Source: Tubulanus polymorphus (Eukaryota; Animalia; Nemertea). Taken from it: a stretch of 64,000 nucleotides of DNA. The position numbers were made by a program, and so were the translations under genes. The notes beneath the pieces were generated by a model. The model made no database searches. It was not told the DNA's origin and worked only from the letters and a program-made list of their open reading frames with translations. The stretch covers positions 15,066,110 through 15,130,109 of the forward strand of contig NC_134030.1 in the NCBI RefSeq assembly GCF_964204645.1. The letters run 5' to 3'. Below, one piece after another: positions 1 through 11,630 of the stretch (positions are counted from its first letter, which is position 1; every line of letters begins with the position of its first letter).

Positions 1-1014
1 TTGTTTTAAAAATAGGCCTATCGAGTGAATTAGTACATAGACTGAATTAGACTTTAGGCTAGTCCTGACCAAATCCTATCCATATTAAAATGGCACCAGT
101 TATAGTAACATCACTGTAGGGCCGACGAGAGGGAAAAAGTTGTGTTTGTAGTACATAGGCATGGTAGGCTTGTCGTACTCACTTAATACTTAAAACGCTG
201 TTGTTACCTGTACGTGACTGTACGGTGATTTCTACAGGTTAGCCATATGTGAGTACGTTGACGCTCAGACTTGCAATATTGGGATTCGAAACCAAACGAA
301 AAAAAAATCCAGTAGTAGTCCAGTGATTTACCCACTGTGCCACAGAACGTAACTGGTGGGTGGATGAAATTTGATTTACAAATAGCCTAGCCTCACCTAA
401 CCCAAACTCTATTCTTTTACGCATGCGCATTTGCAGATTATAGGAACTCACGTACAGCGTTTTTAGGGAACTCACGTACGGTTAACCTGTGAATATCACC
501 GTACAGTCACGTACGCGTTACAATTTCGTACTTAAAATGGTATTGGCTACTAGGAACTCACGTACGGCGTAAGTAGGGAACTCACGTACGGTTAACCTGT
601 GGATATCACCTTACAGTCACGTACGCGTTACAATTTCGTACTTAAAATGGTATTGGCTACTAGGAACTCACGTATGGCATTATATACTTAGTAGGGACCT
701 CACGTACGCGGTTAACCTGTGGAGATCACCGTACAGTCACGTGCGGTTAACAACTACGTACTTAAAATGGTATTGGCTTCTATATAATAGGCCTATAGAC
801 AAATAAATACCGGTAGGCTTTCTTATAATCTTAGCTTCCACACTTCACAACCGAACCAACTGACCAACCAGTATATTTAGTCCCAGTACGCACCAACCGG
901 CACAGGCCTAACACTGTTTGTCAACTGTGTTTACCGTTGTAGGCTATCGATAATCACCTGATACTTTTCTGTCGTTTGTTTTCTCTCTGAGACGAAGACG
1001 AACGTAATTCTAGT
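1..1014 (-). mobile_element. HINE family A (Helentron-type non-autonomous element), copy 1, left part; runs off the window start
   Basis: Closely similar to 53080-53894, inside the complete family-A copy at 51639-54476; continues at 9178 after the inserted transposon. Confidence 0.8.
443..780. repeat. Internal tandem repeat of HINE A, about 110-117 bp x3
   Basis: Unit ggaactcacgtacggttaacctgtggatatcaccgtacagtcacgtacg...aaaatggtattggcta starts near 467, 577 and 694; an inverted partial copy lies at about 205-255. Confidence 0.85.
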
Positions 1015-1041
1015 GCAAAAGGTAGAAAGTTTCTAATGTCC

Positions 1042-1839
1042 GATAAGATGAGATAAGATAAGATAAGATAAGATATTTATTTCACTCCAACCATAAGAAT
1101 GGTACGTGGAGGCAAGATTGAATACAAAATATGGAATATAAAAATTTACAAAACATGAACAGAATTATATACATATATACAAAACAAAATAGGAATTAAC
1201 AAAATTTAATATCAAACTTTCAGTAATAAAACTATTTACAAACAAAGCAAGTACAGAGATTGAATTATATACAGCAAGATATATCACACGTATATACACA
1301 ATTCACTGGAGGGATTTGTATAAACTTAAACCTAACTGGATAAATTTAGCTAATTGTGGGGTAGGATTCCTTAATATTTCCAAGTTTCTGGACATACTTA
1401 AATGGATGGAATTATCACGCAGATCACTTAGCAAAGTGCAGTCATAAATGAAGTGAAGCTCATCTCCTACGGTGTTACAGGCAGGGCACAGTCTTTCACT
1501 TCGGTCTATGAGCGTTCGATCGATTATTTACCGGTAATAAATAGGAACCAATTCTGAATTCGAATAAGCTATGCACAAGACTTCCGTCAAGTTGAGTTAT
1601 ATATTTTTCAAGCCTAACATCGTTCTTATATAGTTTGAAATTAACATACTGCTGATCGTCATTCACTTTTTGAAGCATTTCTTGTACGTGTTGGTCACGG
1701 AGGACTTGTTTCACGTACTTGGAGAGCGTTTTATAATTTTCCGTGTATTGCTGTAACCATATGTAAGATAAGCCAATGTCGTCAAATATTTTCTTTATAT
1801 ACAATAACCAAGGGGATTTGTGTTTTTCGCTTACATACA
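1042..1839 (-). mobile_element. 5'-truncated non-LTR retrotransposon (ORF2 C-terminus, 3' UTR, (TCTTA)n tail)
   Basis: Translation SPWLLYIKKIFDDIGLSYIW...RLCPACNTVGDELHFIYDC is homologous to the end of the adjacent ORF2; one frameshift near 1520; agata-repeat tail at 1042-1075. Confidence 0.88.
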
Positions 1840-2047
1840 GATTACGATTACGATTTATTTACACTCCAACCATTTCCATGGTATATGGAGGAAAACTATT
1901 ACACATGTATATACAAATATTTACAAAACAACACTAAAGTGATTAAAATTTAGAGAATGAAAACGTAACGAAATATATATATACATCAACTATTTACAAT
2001 ACTATATATACTATTATATACATCAACTATTTACAATACTATATATA

Positions 2048-5000
2048 CTATTGGAGGGATCTATATACATCTAAGCCGGTCTTAATGAATTTAGCTAAGT
2101 TGACCGTTGGGTTTTTCAGAATATCAAGGGTATTAAAGGTATTCAAATTCAAAAAGTTTTTGCGTTGTTCGTTAAGTAAGGTACAGTCAAACAGAAAATG
2201 GGATTCGTCACCTAAAGTATTACAAGTGGGGCATATTCTATCGGCTCTGTCTAAATGAAGGTTTGAAAATTTGTTCACAGGTAAAATATAGGACCCGCCC
2301 CTAAATTCAAATAAACTAGTTCCTAAGTCATCACCAAGTTCTATTATATACTTCTCTAACCTAATATCATTTTTATATTGCCTAAAGTTAGTGTATATCG
2401 GATTAGTATTTATGGCAGATACAGTTTCTTGAAGGTGCTGGTCACGGAGTATCTGTTTTATTCGTTTTGAAAAAGATTTACTGTTAGTCATGAATTGCTG
2501 CGTCCAAATGCAGGACAAACCACAGTCATCAAACGTTTTCTTTATATATGATAACCAAGGGCTCTTAAATGTATCCCTTAAAAATAAATTGAAAGATATT
2601 TTATAGAGTATTGAATTAAGTTTGGTTTGCTTTCCAGATACTGTTTTCACCCAAAAGTTAATCATCCTGCGTCTAACATCTATATTCAAAGGGTAACGTC
2701 CTAGCTCTGATAAAACTTGTAAGTTGCGAGAATATTTCGTCACTTTCATTAAGATTTTACAGAAGAAGCGATGAACATTTTCTAATAAATCAAGATTTTC
2801 ATATCCCCAGATCTCACACCCATACATGGCTATTGGAGCAACACACGTATCAAATAATTTAAACATAACATCTATGGGCAATTTCAAACGTCTGCCTTTT
2901 TGAACGATCGAAAACATAGCTCTGATAGCTTTATCGTAAAGATACCTTTTTGCCTTAGCAAAGTTACCATTCCAATTGAATTTTACTCCGAGATAAACAT
3001 AATCTTCAACTACCTCTAACTCTTGATCACCAAACATAAATTTCGAAATCGTTTTTATCCGGGATTTACTTCGCGCAAATACTAGTACTTTAGTTTTCTC
3101 TGGGTTAACAGTGAGACCATTAGCCGCGCAATATTCAAATAAGGTATCTAAGTGTAGCTGAAGAGATTTCTCATCCTCAGCAAGAATAACTGTATCATCT
3201 GCGTATAGTATTATGAATAAATTCAGTAAAGTATCAATATCCTGATCACGATTCAAATTTAGTTTTTCTATAAATGACAAAGTTGGTTTTCCACGATCAA
3301 TGAAAAATTCTTCAATGTCGTTTAAGAATAACGAAAAGAGGATAGGTGAGAGATTTTCGCCTTGTCTTAAGCCTCTATCAGCTGCAAAGTATTGTGACGT
3401 GCAACCATTTAATTCAACACATGATTTTATGGAGTTATACATATTTTTAACCACATTGAAAAAGTTTCCATTAACATTGTTAGCAATTAATTTTCGCCAT
3501 AACTTTACCCTACAAATCGAGTCGAAAGCTTTCTTAAAATCAACAAAGGCGCAAAAAAGTCTTCTTCCCTGACAAAGATACAGCTCTACGATTGTTTTAA
3601 GCGTGTAAATATGATCAATGGTGGAATATTTCGATCTAAAGCCAGCCTGGGCTTCACTTATAATGTGATTCGTATCTAGAAATGTTGACAATCTTTGATT
3701 TAGGATACTTGTAAATAATTTACCAAGACAGCTAACTAAGGTAATACCTCTATAATTATCAGGATTAGAGGGATCGCCATTCTTTTTGAAAATGGGTTTG
3801 ATGACGCCTATAGACCACATCTCTGGAACATATCCTGTTTTAAGAACTAAATTGAATAATTTTTGTAATATATCAACTAAAAACGGATACTGACTAACTC
3901 CCAGCAGCTCATTCGTGATTCCATCAATGCCTGGGGCCTTATTGTTTTTGAGTAAAGAGATAGCCTTAATTACCTCATCACTGGTTATATCACTGTTCAA
4001 AATATAATTGTCATAGACAGGATGGTCACCCACGTCTGGGGGCTCATCACCGTCATCGGTTTCATTGTTAACATTATTCAAATCATTTAATCTCATAAAA
4101 TGTTCAAGAAAAATATCAATATCTAAATTAGCCTCATTATTTTTTGTTCCGCTCGCAGAGTTTAGCATCGACCAATACTTTTTTTGGGTTATTAATTTCG
4201 CATTCTCTCAATTCCTTAATAAATTCATCCTTTTGTTTCTTCTTATTTTCTCGGATGACCTTTTTATAGTTTTTAGACGAGTTCTTAAGGGATTCAAAAT
4301 TGGAAAGGGTAGGGCAACCCCTATATCTTTTTTTCATATAATTATATTTCTTCTGTGCATCTCTACAGTCCCTGCCAAACCATCTGTTGCGGGCCGGTTT
4401 TTTGCAGTTATTACTTTTCCTACTTTTTCTATGGTACATCAAATTACACTCATCAGCACTTGATAATAAAGAAGATACAAATCTATCGGTAAGTCCATTA
4501 ATGTCATCTGGCGATTGATTTCCTAGATCTTGCAACCCGTCCAACAGTAACTTATCTAAATCATTATCTCGTAATCTTGATTCTACATTCAGGAAAAATT
4601 GATTTGATCTAGTACTGACCCACCTAATTGAAGTTTTAAAGTTCGCGTGTTCATTACCCCTTTCATTATCGCTAGCAATGGTGTCCCTAGAATTCGTATA
4701 CACGCACAGATTAATAGGATTATGTCCATCAGATAATAATGGGTCAAAAGGCATTATTTCAAAGTCCTCAACATAACCAAACAGTTCTAAATCACACACA
4801 AAATAATCGATGACACTAGTGTTCCTAAAAGTATAATTACCTGTCTGATCATTGCCACATCTGCCATTGAGGATAATTAGTGAATGGTTCTTACACAAAT
4901 CTATGAGTTGATAGCCTGTATTATTCTTTCTTTTGTCCTGATTATTTCTAGTAGTGGGAACGCCTAAATTAATCAATGAGTCAACAATAGGGTCTAAGTT

Positions 5001-5852
5001 ATCATCTTGAATTATCTGATTATCAGGTTCCAAAAAGTCTGGCATACAAGCGGTGTGAGCATTAAAGTCACCAGAAATTAACACATTGAAATCATACTCA
5101 ACTTTCAATTGCAATAACTCTATTTCAATTTCTCTGATAGCTATTTCTGAATAATAACGACTATTTTCTGGAGGAATATAAATTACACCTAAAAGTACAT
5201 GTTTGTCGCGATTAAATAAATCTTTATCTAATAAATACCAAGATACAAACTGAGAGTCAGTCGAAATTGGTTTTATTTTATTTTTCATGAACTTCCTATA
5301 TATGATACCGACGCCACCTGATCCTTTTTTTGAAAACTTTTTCCTATTTTTAAAGTGCGCCATATGGGAGGCGGGCAAGCTACAACCTAAATTACCGTCT
5401 AAATCATCTAAGTGAGTTTCAGTTAGACATGTGATGTCATTATTGCTAATAAATTCACAGAATTCTGGGATATCGAGTTTAGCTATAAGGCCACATACAT
5501 TCAGCGTAGAAAACTTTAATGATGATTTGATACAAGGAATTTCACTTATGTTTGCTGCGTTTGCTGTACTAGTTACATTTTGCTTATTTAAATCAGAAGT
5601 GTTAATATTTCGCTTATTTACATCAGAAATGAAATTGTTAGGAGTTACATCAGGTACATGATTGTTACTATTTACATCAGGGTATGTATCTACCGTATGA
5701 GAATTTACATGCGAGCCAACGATATCTCTATTTACATTTGGATAACTGTCACATAAATTTACACTATTTACAAATTCTATAACATAACAACAACTTCGAG
5801 ATACAAGGACAGTCCGGTCTACGAATTGTACGCAAAGTCCCTCCGCTGGTTC
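2048..5852 (-). CDS. LINE ORF2: AP endonuclease + reverse transcriptase + C-terminal CCHC; single +1 frameshift in the T7 run at 4179-4185; no ATG before the APE domain
   Basis: APE motifs TLNVCGL, LTETH, GDFNAH, SVIDYF, SDGH; RT motifs NYRGITL, QAGFR, FVDFKKAFDS, QGENLSP, YADD; C-terminal CPTCNTLGDESHFLFDC. Confidence 0.9.
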
Positions 5853-6638
5853 CTAGTGGCTGTCCATCGGTACGCGGTCACGGTTTTCGCGGATAACGAG
5901 TTTGTCCCGTACAAAGAAAGCTTGTTTTCCGTTCGCTTTCGCGGCTCTCAGCTCGGGTAGCTTTTCGCGTCGTCTCGCCGCCCATTCCTCAGGCACCTGT
6001 TCATTCAGTCCTAAAGACGAGCCCGCGAGATTTTTCGCAACTGAACGTACCAGTTCACGATCTTTGAAGAACTCGAATTTTGCAACAATTGGGCGCGGTT
6101 TTTTCTGTTCGTTTTTCCTTCGTCCAAGGCGATGTGTTCGCGCGAATTTGAATGAGTCCACGGTCGTCTTCGGTAACTTAAGGTCTTTCTCGCAAAAGCC
6201 TTTAATTAAGTCCTCGGTATTCTCATTTTCGGATTCCTCGACGCCGTAAAAGATCAAATTATCGCGCATGCTACGCCATTGCTGATCTAGGAGTAGTTCA
6301 TGGTCCGATTTGATAATTGCGTCCTGATCAGCGACGACTTTCTCTAAATCGCGAACTTTGCTTCTAAGTTGTTCGTTTTCACTCTTTAGTTGTAATACGT
6401 CCTGGTGGCAAAATTCAAGCGATTGTTTAACTTCGGTCATGTCCCTCTGCAAGTCGTCTAGAAGCTCTAATTTCGAAAGCTGGGAAAGAATCGCATCAAG
6501 TTTTGACGATATTCCATTGTCTGCTTCCACACGTGATGCCGTTTCCTCAGTCGATTTATGATTCTGGCGATTCGGACGATTTGATGCTGCAGTCTTCTGC
6601 TTCTTGTTAGGGGGTGAAACACTTTGTCTTCCCGCCAT
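5853..6638 (-). CDS. LINE ORF1p, L1/Transposase_22-like (coiled coil + RRM + CTD)
   Basis: Intact 261 aa; heptad-rich region followed by RSMRDNLIFYGVEE, HRLGR and PRPIVAKF motifs. Confidence 0.88.
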   Translation of the reverse strand: MAGRQSVSPPNKKQKTAASNRPNRQNHKSTEETASRVEADNGISSKLDAILSQLSKLELLDDLQRDMTEVKQSLEFCHQDVLQLKSENEQLRSKVRDLEKVVADQDAIIKSDHELLLDQQWRSMRDNLIFYGVEESENENTEDLIKGFCEKDLKLPKTTVDSFKFARTHRLGRRKNEQKKPRPIVAKFEFFKDRELVRSVAKNLAGSSLGLNEQVPEEWAARRREKLPELRAAKANGKQAFFVRDKLVIRENRDRVPMDSH

Positions 6639-9177
6639 TTTCTCCAGGTCTCACCGAATATCACACAGATTTTGTGGTTGAAAAAGAAAAACAAATCGGT
6701 TAAGTTTCAATATATAGAAACGGGATTAACTGGACGCAAAGAATTAAACTAATCTAGGCCCTACGCACGTTAGTTCGTTTGTCATCAACCGGTGCGATTA
6801 GTCTTTGTCGACTATGCAATGTTAATTCGTTTGATATAAGCTAGTTTTTAGTGTCTGTCGTGGCCGAATAATTAATACTAAATTCTCAGCTAATACGGGC
6901 TAAACGCACAAAAACGGCAACGGAATATAATAGATCTAAGGTAGAAAAAATAGTTTCCTTGGATAATGTTTGTAAGTGAAATGTGAAAATTTACCTTGAC
7001 GGTCGTTTAAGTAATTCAAGGAGCGCGCCGAAAGTACGTCCGCACAGTTCAGTACACCGCCTAGTCAGTAACCTGTCTGTGGTTTAGTTTCACAATCGGA
7101 TATTTTCACAAACCACAGTCAGGAATGGGAAGGTCATTTTTGTATGAAATCTTCGTCAGCCAATTTGACTGACGAGTAATTTGCCTGGCATTTCATTGTC
7201 TCTTAAGATATCCGTCTATTTTTTGTTGTAATCGAGGCACAACAGATTCGTAGTTTGTCTGATACCTATAACACCTCACCTGATGATCTTAATCCATGTG
7301 CAAATCGGCCGTAAAGTGAGAGTAAATTTCCGTCGGGTCAACAGCTGCCATTTTGAAAATTACTTTCACCTGTGGACTGAGGCCAGGACAACAGCACAAA
7401 CTAACGAAGCGAAACGACGAAATTGAAAAAAATTAAGAAATCAACACTTATTCACATTTTTCTTTTACCAGAATTTATTATTTCATTATTTATTATGGAA
7501 AACCTGAAGATTTGAAATATAAGTTGGAAAACCATCAAAAATAAAAATTGTCGTTTCGTCTTGGAAATTTTATATAAATCCTTGTAGGTCCCCTTGACTT
7601 ATCATGCCACATGTGCAATACAGAGAAATGGCGGCCAATGGCGGAATTGGTGGAGAAATTAATTAATTTCTCAAATTAATGTTGATTAACCACTCGAAAC
7701 ATACATAAAATTGGATTATTTCGAAAGGTACCTGTGTTAGTTTGTGATTTAAGCCATTAATTGTGGACTGAAGTGAATAGAAAGTATATTTTTGAAGTGT
7801 TACTTTTTTCAACCGTGTTTTGGTCCTTGTCATCCCTAACGTTGGTATAAGCCCATCCGATTATAAAAAGCTTACCACCAACGATTAGGTAACTAACTAT
7901 ACACCGCCGTGATTCGACAGTACCGGTAGCGCCGCTACTTAGCAATAATAAGAACTAATGTTATTGACGATGTTTTGTTAAGTGGAATGACGCCGAGTAC
8001 CAGTATATATCCGATAGGTTCGAATCCCCAATTTCTTCGGGATGATTTGATTTTGAAATAGCGATCGTTTTAATAGATTTGGTGTACCTTATTAAACTCC
8101 GTCAACACACCTGCCGGATGTGAAACAGGGGACGTCCTATTCCAATGACGCTAAAGATTTTGTGTGAATTTTATGGTACTGTAACGGCGGTATGAATTAA
8201 ATTCAGCTTAGACTGAGAGTAAAGTATTTTAAGGCAAACTCTAATGGCCTAACTGCACATCGTCGAAAGACTTCTCATCCATCGATACTTGATAAAAATG
8301 AAATAAAACATCTAGTTCCAATTATCTCATGTAAGCATAACATTTATTTTGAAAATCTCAACCATACATCAAAACATTTTAAAGCCTTCTATATCAAATG
8401 CAATCTTTTGCTAACATAAACAATAGACAAATGGCCATATCTCTATCATATTAATTATATCACGAATGCTAAATATTGCGATATTAATTGAAATCGTTCA
8501 ACCAACAAATGAATTTAGTTAACATAATATCATCACAAACCATTCATATCCTTGGCAAAGGACTTATAAGCTTTTAGAATATCCAAACAGGAAAATTTTA
8601 GTCTCATTTCTATGCGAGTAGAAACACATTATCATTATAACATCCATATCTTTGCATTATATATAACATCCATATCTGTGCATTATATATATGTTTATTA
8701 TGTCATATCTCTTAATAATAATCAATCCAATAATTAGATTAATAATACTAATTTATTTATAAATTAATAATTGATAATTAAACTATCAACTCTGCTATAA
8801 TTGAGTTACACATGAGGTAAAAAAAATTATGACATAAAAACTCCTGTCAGAGTAATAGAAGTAACTGTCTAATACATGAAATAACACATTTTATACAATG
8901 AACTGAGCTCTGAATCAGATGAAAATATTCAATCTGAGATCTTACGAATGATGTTATTTTAGCCCTCTACTTCTGAAAACTGAATAGCGCGCTGTGAACT
9001 TCAACTTGAAAACAAATTTGTTGAACAGCAGTGTATCGAAAAACTGTACGTACAGTGTACCGCGAACTGAACGCGGCGTCTTCTCACTTAGAAAATTATC
9101 GACTTGACAGATTAGTTCGATTTTCGACCGCGGCGGCGCTATACGACATTGGACAAAAGAAACTTTCTACCTTTTGC

Positions 9178-9769
9178 AATTCTAGTAGCCTTCCGCGACT
9201 CAACGACCTTGATTTAAACTTGATCAATTCAAAGTCTGTTTATTGACGCTTTTGGTTACATGGACTGATCAGCAATATACTTAAATAAAATAACCGGAAT
9301 AACAAGAAATCAAAAATATTAAAGAGGTAACAAACAAATGCCCGTAAACCTGTCAGACACGCGAACGCCGGACTCGTAAACTCTTGGACTCGGACCCGCT
9401 GAGCAATAAATTCATAAAATTGACTTTGAAATTGATTGTGGAGAAGAGAGGGAATTATTCGATAGCTCTTCCTCGAAAAGAAGAGAGAATTATATGTAAG
9501 AAAACACAACATGGCTACTAATTGAATGGAGCCAAATTTCTGATGTTTACGGCTCGACAGTGCCTTTATAACGTGGATTTATCAAAATTCCCATGCAGTA
9601 TCTGGAGATTGAAGTGAGCTGAAGGACATCATACGGATTGTATCGGCGACAGCGGTAAGGTAAGGAAGCCTTTACACTTTTAACAAAAACTATGTGGAAA
9701 AGGGAAAAAAAATAATAATAATCACGCGAATTTCAATAGGGTTTTCTGTGAAGAAACAGAAAACCCTAA
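9178..9769 (-). mobile_element. HINE family A copy 1, right part (element 5' end)
   Basis: Matches 53886-54476; ends in (aat)n plus the palindrome tagggttttctg-tgaagaaa-cagaaaacccta. Confidence 0.82.
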
Positions 9770-10409
9770 TAAGCAAATCTCGATGCTAGCACTTATTATG
9801 GGTTGTCAGGTTCAGCCTAACTGTACTTTCATTCAACTACTTCTTGTATGAAACGTGGAAATGAGAAGTTGCAAGGAATAACCAAACAATAATAAAAACA
9901 ATTGAGAATTAGAATTACTGTAGTTAAGAATTTATTCAAATGAAGTGAAAACTTCATTGTTAGCTCATACGGGTACATACATGTACATAAAACAATAACA
10001 ACAATTTATATCATGATGCACAGACAAATGAAAGTAAAATATTATTTATTTATTTTCCATTTTGGGGAAGCATGATGTTAGTTTTTGGAACTGATGCAGT
10101 TTTGATGAACTAATTTTTGGCTAGTAAGTATCATGTTATACAGTGTGTCCTGAACAATTATTGTTCCTCCTGATTCAACTGAAGATTCCGACTCATGTTA
10201 AGGAAATGAGGTTCTCCATCAATCGAACAAAAATTGAGCTCAGGCCTCTATCTCATTTGCCGAAATTATAGCAACATTTATGGGGGACCTTTTCTTCACT
10301 CTAGCTACTATGGTCCGGCCATACGCATCTTCAAGCTACTAACCTATTAATTGTTGTCTGATGCCAGTTGAAAATGAAATGTTGAAGGGAGCCTAAGACG
10401 ATGACCTTG

Positions 10410-10630
10410 TAGGCGTATCTCTATAACCCGACAAAAATCGGTAAAGACTTAAGCACGGTTTAGGACCCGGCAGAAGACACCGGGCCAGGAAAAACGTGTA
10501 TCGTCGGTTCCTAGCACGATTTCAACGTTTTTCGGGAATTCCCTGAAATTTCAGTGTTTTTCTGGAATTCCCTGAAATTTCAGTGTTTTATTTTCAGCGT
10601 TTCAGCTTTTTCAGCGAATTTCAGGAAACG
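10410..10630. mobile_element. Solo terminal repeat of the Mutator-like family found at 40395-45037
   Basis: cggttcctagcacgatttc...ttcagcgaatttcaggaaacg matches the TIR at 44810-45037; no partner end found. Confidence 0.75.
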
Positions 10631-11330
10631 CTTAGGTTATTGGTTTTATGTATGACTTTCATTTATGGTGAAAACGGAATTTAATTTTTCTGCCGAACAA
10701 ATTAGCCTACGCTTTAATTGTTTAATTAATCCGATCATAAACAGGAACATGTTTATTCCGATGTTTTCCAGCATGTCCCAGTTAAGATATTTACATCAAT
10801 CAAGATTTGCATAAAACGAATCCATTTAATACAACGATTAGAGCACTTTCGCCTACAGGAATCGTATGAACTACGCTCAGGGTGACTTACGACCCGATCA
10901 TTTTCTCGGAACGGTCTGTGATTTTTTCGTCGGGACCTGTAATATGGTCCCTGTAATAAGGTTCACGTCATTCGTTGGACTCTTACCTGACCAATTGGGT
11001 ATATAAAGGAGACCCGTGCGTGGCTTATTTTTATACCTTTTTCTGAATAAACACGAATGTAAATACCGTTGCCGTCCAGTGGTTTTTTAAGTTCAAAATT
11101 CGGTTACCGATACCTTATCGACATATTGAGTATGCTTACGACCGCGACGAGTTGATCGAAGACCTGTCTTCAGCCGAATCGCAAACATTGAAAAGTCATA
11201 TTTCTATGACCCGATCAAATCGTCGTAGCCAAGCAGTGGCGTGTTATGCGTCACATGAGCTTTAAATTCGGCGATGATAGTCACATGGCTTTGAGCACTC
11301 AAAGTGGCGAGTCAACAAACTGTGGGATCG

Positions 11331-11491
11331 TGGATTGACGAAGAAAGTTTAGTGGAGCTCTGGAAAGATCATAGTTTTTCTGTTCTGTGTAATTTCTGGA
11401 CATGAATGGTCTACTAGAGACAGGATCAAAAACTTACTCCGATGGAAGTATGAAGCCTTAGAGCAAATTGCCTCCACTCTTGAAATAATAG
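11331..11491 (+). pseudogene. MADF/Myb-SANT-like domain relic (Harbinger-type accessory protein?)
   Basis: With one frameshift it reads WIDEESLVELWKDHSFLFCVISGHEWSTRDRIK...EALEQIASTLEII, followed by GT; spacing resembles MADF helices 1-2. Confidence 0.4.
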
Positions 11492-11533
11492 GTAACAGGT
11501 TGTTTATTGTTAAAACTCAACGTATCATGGATG

Positions 11534-11630
11534 AGTAGTAGTAGTAGCAGTAGCAGTAGCAGCAGCATCAGCAACAGCAGCCGTAGCAGCAGTAGCAGCA
11601 GCAGTAGCAGCAGTAGTAGTAGTAGTAGTA
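11534..11630. repeat. Compound (AGT)n/(AGC)n microsatellite
   Basis: Read directly from the sequence. Confidence 0.95.

Larger units (their letters stand above)
1840..7060 (-). mobile_element. Full-length LINE with L1-type ORF1 and APE-RT-CCHC ORF2 (possibly Proto2/RTEX-like; clade uncertain)
   Basis: ORF1 at 5853-6638, ORF2 at 2048-5852, 3' hairpin and short (GTAATC)n tail at 1840-1852; the 5' boundary is approximate. Confidence 0.9.
1015..9177. mobile_element. Non-autonomous DNA transposon with 9-bp TSD (Mutator/MULE-like)
   Basis: Perfect 20-bp TIR gcaaaaggtagaaagtttct (1015-1034 / 9158-9177); TSD aattctagt at 1006-1014 and 9178-9186; the paralogous HINE shows the empty site (cgt-aattctagt-agcc at about 53883-53898). 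No transposase ORF seen. Confidence 0.85.

Noticed and set aside
443-780. CRISPR-like repeat-spacer array
   Set aside because: The intervening sequences are themselves repeated; eukaryotic TE context; no cas genes.
4176-4190. C-CCA-AAA slippery-like heptamer as a programmed -1 frameshift
   Set aside because: Joining APE to RT needs +1, and this linker is normally continuous; an indel is the simpler explanation.
3300-6561. Plus-strand ORFs over the LINE
   Set aside because: Antisense shadows of ORF1/ORF2.
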